Shown in pieces: positions 38,060-46,858 of a DNA stretch of 59,364 nt. The notes beneath the pieces were generated by a model. It was not told the DNA's origin, did not search any database, and worked only from the letters and a program-made list of their open reading frames with translations. This DNA is from Litorivivens sp. (GTDB lineage: Bacteria; Pseudomonadota; Gammaproteobacteria; Pseudomonadales; Spongiibacteraceae): assembly GCA_041619575.1 (NCBI GenBank), contig JBFKDP010000001.1, positions 1 to 59,364 of the forward strand. The letters are read 5' to 3'. The first letter of the stretch is position 1; each line of letters starts with the position of its first letter. Position numbers and translations under genes: made by a program.

Positions 38060-39058
38060 CTATGAAACTATCGGCGGCTGTTTAGGTAACTTCGGACGAT
38101 GATGCTTTTCCCAATAGCTCATACCATCCTTGAGAATTTCCAAGCCATCGCCCAACAGAAATTCTCGAAAGGTTCGGGCCACCACCGAGGGGGTCCGCTC
38201 TCTGGCATTGACCAGATACCAGAACTGCTGAAGGGGGAAACCTTCTACCGGCAGTATCGCCACATCTTCACGGTCCCCCTGATCCAGAATATGACCGGAC
38301 ACCACCGCCAGTCCAAGTCCGGCCATGACGGCATGTTTCAGGGCCTCATTCGAAGCTATCGTCATCTGTTCGCGCACCTCCAAACCCTGCTCAGCCAGAA
38401 ACTGACTGACGGTATGGCGTGTGCCACTGCCGGTTTCACGGACGACAAATCGCTCTTCAGCGACATCGCTCCAGCGCAGCTTTCGTTTGCGCGACAGGGG
38501 ATGCTCGCGGGAGGCGATCACCACAAGGGGGTTGGAAATCAGCGGCACCGCCTCAAGCGCAGTCGTCGTCGGCGGATCACTGACAAAATAGAAATCATCA
38601 AGGTTGTGCTCCAACCGCTCCAGCAACTGCTCTCGATTGCCGACCTGCAAATCCACCTCGATACCGGGAAAGCGCTTACAGAAAGGCCCCAACAGATGAG
38701 GGATAAAGGCGTTGGCACTGCTGGCCACCGCCAGACTCAGGCGCCCGGCCTGCATTCCCTGCAGCTCACTAAGGCGCATTTCCAGCCGCTCGATGGAACC
38801 AAAAATCTCCCGCGCAGCCTGAACGACCTGATCGCCAGCTTCCGTCAGCCTGATCCGTCGCCCGACCAGCTCGTACAAAGGCATATCAATGCCCTCGGCA
38901 AGTTTACGCAGGTGCGTCGAAGCACTGGGCTGGGTAAGATGCAATTGCTCTGCAGCACTGACAATGCCGCCGCTCTCCGCTACGCGCAGCAGGATTTCCA
39001 GACGGCGCAAAGTACCGATACGAGAGGCAAGACGGGGAACCGGTGTACTGTTTTTCAT
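38060..39058 (-). CDS. LysR regulator (CbbR/CmpR-like)
   Basis: TLRRL..AAEQLHLTQPSAS, VRETGSGTR, SNEALKHAVMAGLG. Confidence 0.9.
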   Translation of the reverse strand: MKNSTPVPRLASRIGTLRRLEILLRVAESGGIVSAAEQLHLTQPSASTHLRKLAEGIDMPLYELVGRRIRLTEAGDQVVQAAREIFGSIERLEMRLSELQGMQAGRLSLAVASSANAFIPHLLGPFCKRFPGIEVDLQVGNREQLLERLEHNLDDFYFVSDPPTTTALEAVPLISNPLVVIASREHPLSRKRKLRWSDVAEERFVVRETGSGTRHTVSQFLAEQGLEVREQMTIASNEALKHAVMAGLGLAVVSGHILDQGDREDVAILPVEGFPLQQFWYLVNARERTPSVVARTFREFLLGDGLEILKDGMSYWEKHHRPKLPKQPPIVS

Positions 39059-39142
39059 ATCCACAAATGGCTATGCCAAATAATTAACGATAGCACTATG
39101 GCTATATTTAATCAGAGCGTCAAATACCACTGGAGAACAAAA

Positions 39143-39571
39143 ATGACGAAACCCCGAGGCACCGCACTGGCTATGGTGGCCCTGCTGTTCACAGCACCAG
39201 CCTTCTCTAACGACGTTTCGGTAGCCGTTAGCGAGCTCGCATCGGACACCGGCGCGCTGGTCGTGCAGGTCTACGACAGCAAGGACACCTGGCTATCCGA
39301 TGACACCGTCCTTAGCAAACGCCACACGCTCAGTGAAGGCGATGCGGGTCAGACGATTGTGATCCCCATAGAACTGAAACCGGGCCGTTACGCGCTCTCG
39401 GTGTATCACGATGAAAACAATAACGAAAAGCTCGATGCGAACTTTATCGGCATACCCAAGGAACCGGTGGGGCTATCGAATGATCATCGACCGAAGTTTG
39501 GGCCGCCCAGTTATAAGAAAGCAGAGATTGAGATTGGTGAGGGTTCGGTTGTGGAGATTCGGTTGAAATGA
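39143..39571 (+). CDS. DUF2141-like secreted protein
   Basis: Signal peptide; PGRYALSVYHDENNNEKLD..GIPKEPVGLSN..GPP. Confidence 0.85.
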   Translation: MTKPRGTALAMVALLFTAPAFSNDVSVAVSELASDTGALVVQVYDSKDTWLSDDTVLSKRHTLSEGDAGQTIVIPIELKPGRYALSVYHDENNNEKLDANFIGIPKEPVGLSNDHRPKFGPPSYKKAEIEIGEGSVVEIRLK

Positions 39572-39677
39572 AGGCTGGTGCGCGGCTTTGCTACCTTGGG
39601 TAGCTTTAGCATTTTGTTTCGCCCTGCCGGGCGAAACAAACGCCAAAATTCACCTCGGCTATAAAGCAAAGCGCCAG

Positions 39678-40310
39678 CTAAACCAGCTCCACCTCCCACA
39701 ACTCCCCTTCTGACTGCTGCCAAGCATACCTCTGCAACAAGCCACTCGCGTTAAGCTCATAGCGCGCACCGTCATCATACTCACCACCCATATAGTGGTA
39801 TGCGCCATCAGGCCGCCGCTCAACCGTTCGCTCACTTAACAGTGGTCGAAACAAACTGTCGCGCTGCTCAGGGGTCTTTATAGAAGGCACCAGCACCTGA
39901 CTGCGCCCCCCTTTGCCCACAATCGCCAGCAAGGTTTCACCGCTGAAAACGCGCATCAAAGGAAAGAAGCAGGTCGGCTGATCAAAGCCTTGTTGCTGGG
40001 GCTTTTCGCCTTCAAGATTCCAGCGCACGCCACTGCCCTGAAAGGCATAGTTGGCCGAATAACTGCCCGCAGCGTTCTCCCAATAGAAAGAAGCGAACTC
40101 AACGCCAGTTTCGCCCCAGGCTTTGACGGCCAATACAAAGCTATTGCCGTCACTGCGCAGGGATCGGGTAACCGTATTTCCTCCAAGCTGGTACTTCGCC
40201 CATGGCTCGACGATATCGGTTGCCGCACCATTGCGGAGATAGCGATAGGCGCCATCGTCCGACACAGATTCATCGGCATGCAGCGGAAAAATGTCCTCCA
40301 GCGCTTTCAC
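39678..40310 (-). CDS. Hypothetical beta-rich protein
   Basis: 210-aa ORF overlapping the stop of the VOC gene. Confidence 0.6.
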   Translation of the reverse strand: MKALEDIFPLHADESVSDDGAYRYLRNGAATDIVEPWAKYQLGGNTVTRSLRSDGNSFVLAVKAWGETGVEFASFYWENAAGSYSANYAFQGSGVRWNLEGEKPQQQGFDQPTCFFPLMRVFSGETLLAIVGKGGRSQVLVPSIKTPEQRDSLFRPLLSERTVERRPDGAYHYMGGEYDDGARYELNASGLLQRYAWQQSEGELWEVELV

Positions 40311-40768
40311 GTCGCGTAAACCTCGACCAGCTCAATCAGCATGTCGCCGGTATCGGCGGGATTGAGATAGGCAATACGTGTGCGCCCGGTATCCACAACG
40401 CCATCGGGGGTAACATGGCCCGGACGAATGCCCTGCTCCGCCAATACCGCCAATGCACCATCAATATCGCTCACCACATAGGCCACATGATTAATGCCCC
40501 CAGCGCCGCTGGCCGCTGAATGCAGGGTTGCTTTCATATCGTCACTGATCGGCTCTATCAGCTCGAACTCGACGCCACCGACGTCCAGCAGTCCAAATCG
40601 GGCGGGCGCCTGCTGCTCGAAGGGCGGAAGTATCGTGATGTCGTCGTCAGTCAGGCCATAAATGCGCCGAAAGTCCGTTACGCTGGCTTTGAGGTCGTCA
40701 ACGATATGCCCGACATGACGCAAGCCGACGATAAACTCCTTTAACGCCGTTTTTGTCTGATTTTCCAT
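40307..40768 (-). CDS. VOC-family protein (methylmalonyl-CoA epimerase-like)
   Basis: H/E/H/E metal ligands: RHVGH, FELIEP, INHVAY, IELVE. Confidence 0.85.
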   Translation of the reverse strand: MENQTKTALKEFIVGLRHVGHIVDDLKASVTDFRRIYGLTDDDITILPPFEQQAPARFGLLDVGGVEFELIEPISDDMKATLHSAASGAGGINHVAYVVSDIDGALAVLAEQGIRPGHVTPDGVVDTGRTRIAYLNPADTGDMLIELVEVYAT

Positions 40769-40806
40769 CGCCACAGCTTGACTCCCCCACAGTTATATGT
40801 ACTATT

Positions 40807-40823
40807 GATATAACATTATATCT
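40807..40823. promoter_or_regulatory. Putative operator GATATAACATTATATCT
   Basis: Near-palindromic; matches the 2403 and 30911 sites. Confidence 0.65.
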
Positions 40824-40867
40824 GAAATTATCCCGATGCCCAATGGCATCCACCTATAAGGACAAGT

Positions 40868-41722
40868 ATGAAAGTACTGATTCTCGGCATGGGCCACGCA
40901 GGCAAAGCCATCGCCCAGCGTTTGCGCGCCAGCGGTCACCAGATTGTGGGCACAACTACCACTCCCGGTAAAGTTGACGAGCTGAAAACACTCGCCGATG
41001 AGGTCGCGGTGCTCAAGGGCAGCGAGACCGAAAACGTGATGGCGGCGGCAAAAGGTTGCGACGCCATCATTGCTACCGTTGCGCCCAACGTCAAAAATAC
41101 CCGCACCAAGGAAGAGCGCGAGAGCCAGTACCACGAGGTCCTTGAAAAGTCGCTGGCCAGCGCCGCCAAGGCCTGCGAACGCGTGATTTTTCTGTCGTCC
41201 TTCTCTGTCTATGGCGACGGCGGTGAGGGCACAGATCCCATTACCGAAGAAACACCAACCAGCAACCACGAAGAGCCTTCGTCCAAATATTATCAAGCCG
41301 CCGAGCGCAATGCGCTGAGTGTTAGCGGTGGCTGCGTGCTGCGCCTGCCCGACATTCACGGTGCCCCCGGCGATATGACCTTCACCCAGCGGGTAAAACT
41401 GGCCCACGACTACTTTGGTGGCAAGGCTTTGTTCGGCGCCGATGCGCCGCTGTACACCATTCATTTTGAAGATGTCGTAAACGCCGCCGTGCACGCGCTG
41501 GAAAAAGGTCTGACCGGCATCTACAACGTCTGCGACAACGACAACCTGCCGCCCACCAACCAGCAAATTTTTGACGCCATCTGCGACAAGGAAGGCTGGA
41601 CGCGATTGGAGTTTCTCAATCAAATCAAGGCACCAAACCGCAAAATCTCCGCCGACAAACTTTACGCCACTGGCTACAAGGTGCAACACGAAGACCCCAA
41701 CGCCGCACTGCTGGAGGGCTAG
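40868..41722 (+). CDS. NAD(P)-dependent epimerase/dehydratase-like (extended/atypical SDR)
   Basis: LGMGHAG, FLSSFSVYG, LRL..IHG, IHFED, YNV. Confidence 0.8.
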   Translation: MKVLILGMGHAGKAIAQRLRASGHQIVGTTTTPGKVDELKTLADEVAVLKGSETENVMAAAKGCDAIIATVAPNVKNTRTKEERESQYHEVLEKSLASAAKACERVIFLSSFSVYGDGGEGTDPITEETPTSNHEEPSSKYYQAAERNALSVSGGCVLRLPDIHGAPGDMTFTQRVKLAHDYFGGKALFGADAPLYTIHFEDVVNAAVHALEKGLTGIYNVCDNDNLPPTNQQIFDAICDKEGWTRLEFLNQIKAPNRKISADKLYATGYKVQHEDPNAALLEG

Positions 41723-41725
41723 ATC

Positions 41726-42523
41726 ATGGCCAATGTTGTCATCACTGGCAGTACCAAAGGCATCGGTCGCGGTCTCGCCGCAGAGTTTGCCCGGCTCGGC
41801 CACAAGGTGATGATCGCCGGTCGCAGCCAGCAGGCAATAGACGAAGCCATCGCGACCATTGGATCACAAGCAGGAACGGTGACCGGTCGCCCCTGCGAGG
41901 TATCGGAAAAAGTTCAGGTGCAAGCCCTTTGGGATGCTGCCGTTAGCGAATTTGGCTGCGTCGACATCTGGATCAACAACGCCGGCTTGGCCCGCACGGT
42001 TTGGCCGATTCTGGAAACGCCTGACGAAGAGATTCAGGCGATGGTGACCACCAATATGTTTGGTACCATTTTTGGTTCCAAAGTGGCGGTCACCGGTATG
42101 AAAGCCCAGGGCCACGGCAAACTGTTCAATATGCTTGGCGGCGGCAGTGATGGTGAATTCTTTCCCGGCATCGGCATATACGGCACCACCAAGCGCGGCT
42201 TGAATTACTTTACCGATGCGCTGATTAAGGAGAACAAAGACACACCTTTGGTGATCGGCAAGATTCGTCCGGGCATGGTGATTACCGAAGCCGTTGTGCG
42301 CGAGGCCAAAGCCGATCTCGAAAACTTTAACAAAAACCGCAAGACCATGAACAATCTCTGCGACACGGTCGAGACTGTCTCACCCTATCTTGTGGACAAC
42401 ATTCTCAAGACCGAAAAATCCGGCACCAAGATCCGCTGGCTCACCGGCGGCAAGATTGCCAAACGCATGATGTTGAGTCGCTTTCGCAGCCAACCCGACA
42501 AATTCGAAGCCTTTGGCTTGTAA
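41726..42523 (+). CDS. SDR, NOL/NYC1-like, copy 2
   Basis: NVVITGSTKGIG, DIWINNAG, FNMLGGGSDG, YGTTKR, PGMVIT, IRWLTG. Confidence 0.75.
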   Translation: MANVVITGSTKGIGRGLAAEFARLGHKVMIAGRSQQAIDEAIATIGSQAGTVTGRPCEVSEKVQVQALWDAAVSEFGCVDIWINNAGLARTVWPILETPDEEIQAMVTTNMFGTIFGSKVAVTGMKAQGHGKLFNMLGGGSDGEFFPGIGIYGTTKRGLNYFTDALIKENKDTPLVIGKIRPGMVITEAVVREAKADLENFNKNRKTMNNLCDTVETVSPYLVDNILKTEKSGTKIRWLTGGKIAKRMMLSRFRSQPDKFEAFGL

Positions 42524-42543
42524 CCTTTACCGAGGAATTCACA

Positions 42544-43365
42544 TTGAGCACCAAAACCGCCGATACCAAAACCATCGACCAGTTTCTGTCTGAAAATCCC
42601 AACGTGGATGTCAGCAAGGCCTGGGAGCGCAGCTGGAATATCCTGACGGATATTAAAGACAAAATCGCCGCGCGCTTTCCCAATATTGAACTAGACCCCA
42701 CCTGCGAAGGCCGCGAGTATTACACCTCACCCAACGGCGAGTTTGAAGGCTCGTATCAGTCCTGGACCGGTGAGGGTGTGGAATGGCTGGTCAGCTCCTG
42801 GCTTGGCAACCGCAAAGCCAGCATCCTGGATATGAATGCAACAGCTTTTCTTGGGCAGGAAACCGACGTACCGCATTTTATTATGGTCTTCGGCACGATT
42901 CCGAAACTGTTTTTCTATTTTGATCTGGTGCCTAGAAAAGATCTGCGCACCAACCCCGAGTATCTGGAAAAGTACTACGGCGGTGAAGCCAACGAGGATT
43001 TTCTCGCCCTGCGCGGCCACGAGAACTTCCAGTGGTCAGTAAGCCACGGCACCTACATGCGCGCCCTGCTGTCTCCCTCGGCCCTTAGCCTGAGCGCTGA
43101 TTTGAACGACGCCAATATCGACGTACTGGAAGAATACGCCTACAAATTCCTGAACCGCTGGCTGGGCTGGCTGGATAACGCCACTCCCACCCCGGCGAGT
43201 GAGCGTGTTGCCCAGCAGCAGTATGACCATACTGTCCGCCGCCTGGGCTATGAACTTGATCCTATGAACAAGCTCGCCGCGCAGGTGTTTGGCGAAGATC
43301 AAGTTGAGCGCATGATCCAGATGCGACTCGGCGACGAGCAAATGAAGAAGTCTCGCAAATACTAA
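42544..43365 (+). CDS. RCCR / ferredoxin-dependent bilin reductase-like protein (copy C)
   Basis: WLVSSW, TDVPHF, DLVPRKDLRTNPEYLEKYY, LSPSA, DP..VFG; TTG start after GAGGA. Confidence 0.8.
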   Translation: MSTKTADTKTIDQFLSENPNVDVSKAWERSWNILTDIKDKIAARFPNIELDPTCEGREYYTSPNGEFEGSYQSWTGEGVEWLVSSWLGNRKASILDMNATAFLGQETDVPHFIMVFGTIPKLFFYFDLVPRKDLRTNPEYLEKYYGGEANEDFLALRGHENFQWSVSHGTYMRALLSPSALSLSADLNDANIDVLEEYAYKFLNRWLGWLDNATPTPASERVAQQQYDHTVRRLGYELDPMNKLAAQVFGEDQVERMIQMRLGDEQMKKSRKY

Positions 43366-43371
43366 AACCTG

Positions 43372-43469
43372 CCCTCACCCTGACCCTCACCCTGAGGGAG
43401 AGGGGACGCCAGAAGCTAGTTCGGAGCAATGGCTGCCCCCTCTCCTTGGGGAGAGGGTTGCGGTGAGGA
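43372..43469. repeat. REP-like double palindrome
   Basis: CCCTCACCCTGACCCTCACCCTGAGGGAGAGGG ... CCCTCTCCTTGGGGAGAGGGTTGCGGTGAGG. Confidence 0.75.
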
Positions 43470-43486
43470 GCAAAGGAATTCAAGCC

Positions 43487-44812
43487 ATGCACCCTACCCG
43501 CTTCCTTGGCATTACCCTCACCGACGGCATCAAACGCCGCCATATGTTTGCTTACCTGCTCGCCGCACTGATCTCGTCTGGCTATGCGGGCGCGCTCGCG
43601 GTGCTGCAACCGGGGCTGCTGGCCGTAATGAATATACCTATCGCGGATCAGGGTTCGCTAACCGGTCTGCTGGCTGCGCTACAGGAGGTCGTGCTGATTG
43701 CCATGATGCCACTGTTTGGTGTGATGGCGGATCGGTCCGGCAGACGCATGGTTTACGCCATCGGCCTGGGCCTCACTTCCGCAGGATTTTTCCTTTACCC
43801 CCACGCAGACAGCATCAGCGAACTGGTTGCCTACCGCTTGATCGTTGCCTTCGGTGGCGCGGCCATGGTCGGCATGATGGTAACGGTAGTTGCCGACTAC
43901 GCCTGCGAGGCGGATCGCGGAAAAGCGAATGGCCTGCAGGGTTTTGTCGCCACTATCGGTGCGTTTATCCCCCCCATTCTGGGGTTTATGCCGGCGGTGT
44001 TTGCCAAGCAGGGCATGACCGAGCTGGCAGCGCAGCAGATTACCTTCGCCATCGGCGGCGCTATGGGCGTTGTCGGCACACTGATTGTTCTGGTTGGACT
44101 GGCTCCGCATGTAAAACGCCCGGCCACTGAACACGAGCCCGTGTTGCAGATGCTGAAAAATGGCCTGGCCGCCGCCAAGGATCACGGCGTCGCCCTGTCC
44201 TACGGTGCCGCCTTTATTTCGCGCGGCGACCTTGCCGTAACCGGTGCTTTTATGGGTTTGTGGCTGGTGCAGTTTGGCACCCAGAACCTGGGCATGGCGC
44301 CCAGTCAGGCCATGCAGGAACTGGCGGTACCCCGCGTTCTGACGACGGTGAGCGGGGCCATGGTGGGCGCGATTCTGATGGGCTTTATCAGCGACCGCAT
44401 TCGCCGCGGCACGGCGGTCATGCTGGCCTCTGGTCTGGCGGCAGCCGTGTATTTATCGGTGTCCTTCGTTGACGACCCAACCGCACCCTGGGTGTTTGCC
44501 CTGCTCGGCATTATGGGTGTGGCTGAAATCAGCGCCTTTGTCAGTTCGCAGGCACTGGTCGGCCAGCAAGCCCCAGCCGCTCGTCGCGGCGCTGTGATTG
44601 GTTTTTTTGGTACCGCCGGTGCGGTCGGCATTCTGGTGGGTACCGCTGGCGGAGGCTGGCTGTTCGGCGCTATTTCTCCAGCGGCTCCTTTCGTCTTGTT
44701 TGGCGTTCTGAATGCCGTGGTATTCGTCTGGGCCATTCTGGTTAACAACAAAATTGTCAAACCATCCGTACCCCCTGCAGAGGACTCATCATGCGTCGCC
44801 GCCACCTCCTGA
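43487..44812 (+). CDS. MFS transporter, paralogue of 24283-25587
   Basis: ADRSGRR; shared ADY..RGKA.G and AAKD.G.ALSYGAAF.SRG.LA. Confidence 0.9.
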   Translation: MHPTRFLGITLTDGIKRRHMFAYLLAALISSGYAGALAVLQPGLLAVMNIPIADQGSLTGLLAALQEVVLIAMMPLFGVMADRSGRRMVYAIGLGLTSAGFFLYPHADSISELVAYRLIVAFGGAAMVGMMVTVVADYACEADRGKANGLQGFVATIGAFIPPILGFMPAVFAKQGMTELAAQQITFAIGGAMGVVGTLIVLVGLAPHVKRPATEHEPVLQMLKNGLAAAKDHGVALSYGAAFISRGDLAVTGAFMGLWLVQFGTQNLGMAPSQAMQELAVPRVLTTVSGAMVGAILMGFISDRIRRGTAVMLASGLAAAVYLSVSFVDDPTAPWVFALLGIMGVAEISAFVSSQALVGQQAPAARRGAVIGFFGTAGAVGILVGTAGGGWLFGAISPAAPFVLFGVLNAVVFVWAILVNNKIVKPSVPPAEDSSCVAATS

Positions 44813-46326
44813 TACCCCTGTTGCTGCCCGTACTTGCCTCTTGCAACAGCAGCTCCTCCTCCAATTCAAACCCCGGCGCCGCGGCGAGCGCGCCGGGTAC
44901 CTATATTGAATACCCGATTAGAATCGAGCAGCAATCCGCAGCCTTTCTCGCGGTGGGCGACATCGACGGTAACAGCGACAATGGTCTCGACATTCTGTTA
45001 TCCACCCTGGTTGAACAAACTCCTCCAGGCCCGCCAAATCCGGCCTCGCGCGGCGCTCTGCGCAAATTCAATACCTCCGGTTGCGATGACCCGAGTAGTG
45101 ATTGCCTGACAGGCCCCTGGGAAGAGGAGGTGCTGATTGGCGTTAACGATCCTCAGGGCTATCCCTTTATCAACACCCCACAGATTTTTGACATCAACGG
45201 TGATGGACAGCAGGACGTTATTGTCCAGACAGGCTTTTTGACCACACTGGGCGGCGCCCATTTCTGGCTCGACGGAAACGACATTAAAGACGGCGTGCGG
45301 CCAAGCCACAACTATTTTGCGCCAACTCATACAACACCAGTCACCAATGGCCTGTTTTTCTGGCACGAATCCGATCAGGCCGATCTCGATGGCGACGGTC
45401 TGCTGGATATTGTGACCACTTCCGGCAAAACCCAGCATCCGGGCAACCCGCTGGGTTCACCCGACGGCAATGAAGAAATGAAGGTAGAGTGGTACCGGCA
45501 AACGGCACCGGGGCAATTCAGCTACCACCAGATCACGGCGACTGACAGTGAAGGCAATACCATCAGTAATATCGGTGGTGTATTCGTAAAACTCTATGAC
45601 ATCGATAGTGATGGCGACAAGGATATCGTGCTGACCCAGTTTTTCGACCACACCTACGACACCCTGCCACCCCCCGTCCTGAATCCATCACTGGTCTGGC
45701 TGGAAAATATCGCAAAACCCGCCGAAGCCAACAACTTCACTGGCGAGTGGCGCTATCACGTGATCGACAATACTATCGGTCTGGGTTATCACATGGAATT
45801 TGCGGACATTGACCACGACGGCCGGGATGAGTTGGTTGTGGACAACCACAACAACGATGGCGACCCCCGCTGGCAAGACGAGAATGGCAACGTGGTGGTA
45901 CCGCCAGGGATCTACTGGTTCGAAATTCCGGACGACCCAACCGCCGTCAGCCAGTGGGAAAAGCATGTTATTTCTGAAAATTTCGGCGTAACCCTCTACT
46001 ACGGCAACCCAGCCAGTCAGGGCGTACCCGGCATTTTTAATGTGGGCGATATCAACAACGATGGCCTGCTGGATGTTGCCGTTCCCGGCGACGGCAACAG
46101 CAAGCTGTATGCCTTTATTCAGCAGGCAGACGGCAGCTTTCGGGAAGACATAGTGGATGAGGCGAAAATGTTTGGCATGGCCATCGTTGCCGATATCGAC
46201 GGCGATGGCCTCAACGAGATTGTTGCCGCGCAGCACAATTCGCTGGATATGGACCCTGCAGAAACGGACAGCCTGGATGACCTGTCCCTTCCGCCCGGCA
46301 AACTGTCTATCTATAAATATCAGTAA
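44791..46326 (+). CDS. FG-GAP/VCBS-repeat lipoprotein (probable 7-bladed beta-propeller)
   Basis: Lipobox LASC; seven DxDxDGxxD-type repeats. Confidence 0.85.
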   Translation: MRRRHLLIPLLLPVLASCNSSSSSNSNPGAAASAPGTYIEYPIRIEQQSAAFLAVGDIDGNSDNGLDILLSTLVEQTPPGPPNPASRGALRKFNTSGCDDPSSDCLTGPWEEEVLIGVNDPQGYPFINTPQIFDINGDGQQDVIVQTGFLTTLGGAHFWLDGNDIKDGVRPSHNYFAPTHTTPVTNGLFFWHESDQADLDGDGLLDIVTTSGKTQHPGNPLGSPDGNEEMKVEWYRQTAPGQFSYHQITATDSEGNTISNIGGVFVKLYDIDSDGDKDIVLTQFFDHTYDTLPPPVLNPSLVWLENIAKPAEANNFTGEWRYHVIDNTIGLGYHMEFADIDHDGRDELVVDNHNNDGDPRWQDENGNVVVPPGIYWFEIPDDPTAVSQWEKHVISENFGVTLYYGNPASQGVPGIFNVGDINNDGLLDVAVPGDGNSKLYAFIQQADGSFREDIVDEAKMFGMAIVADIDGDGLNEIVAAQHNSLDMDPAETDSLDDLSLPPGKLSIYKYQ

Positions 46327-46335
46327 AGAGTTTTT

Positions 46336-46374
46336 TATCCCTCACGTCTCCCTCCGGGAGAGATGTGAGGGATA
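46336..46374. repeat. REP-like hairpin between convergent genes
   Basis: TATCCCTCAC..CTCCC..GGGAG..GTGAGGGATA. Confidence 0.65.
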
Positions 46375-46394
46375 GCCAGCCGGACGGAACCCCG

Positions 46395-46829
46395 CTAGCC
46401 TGCAAAATCCTCTTCCGACGCCTTCATCATTTCTTCCAGAAACCATTGTGGAAACTGCCCCACAAACTTGTTCATGTCCCAAAAATCACTCCAGCGCCAT
46501 ACCAGTCCGTCCTTGATTTCGTGCATGGTACAGAAACGGTGCTCGGCGGTTTCATCGGTCTTGAAGGTCCACTTTTCGGTGTGATCCATAAAGACAAGAT
46601 TGCCGTCACAGGCCAGCCGATGGGTTGTCTGTTCCTGTTTGGACAGATGATTAAACGCGATCTGCAAGCGCTTCACGCAATTATCCGGTCCAGTAGCGCC
46701 CACATCACTGGTCGGTACGTCTTCATAGAAAATCTCGGGATGCATGCAGCTTTTCATGGTTTCCCAGTCCATATCGGACAGGGCCTGCCACATTTTTTTG
46801 ACGATTGCCTTGTTGTCTTCGCTCGACAT
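46395..46829 (-). CDS. Limonene-1,2-epoxide hydrolase/SnoaL-like NTF2-fold protein
   Basis: NKAIV, YEDVP, DGNLVFM, EIKDGLVWRWSDFWD. Confidence 0.8.
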   Translation of the reverse strand: MSSEDNKAIVKKMWQALSDMDWETMKSCMHPEIFYEDVPTSDVGATGPDNCVKRLQIAFNHLSKQEQTTHRLACDGNLVFMDHTEKWTFKTDETAEHRFCTMHEIKDGLVWRWSDFWDMNKFVGQFPQWFLEEMMKASEEDFAG

Positions 46830-46858
46830 TCAACTTTCCTTATTGTGCTGTGTTCAAA

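Noticed and set aside
38099-39142. 490-aa plus-strand ORF 38099-39571
   Set aside because: The first 348 codons are antisense to lysR; the real gene is the DUF2141-like ORF starting at 39143 with an RBS and signal peptide.
30949-43365. Phycobilin biosynthesis (pcyA/pebAB) or photosynthesis locus
   Set aside because: No heme oxygenase, phycobiliprotein, phytochrome or bch/puf genes; the context is catabolic.
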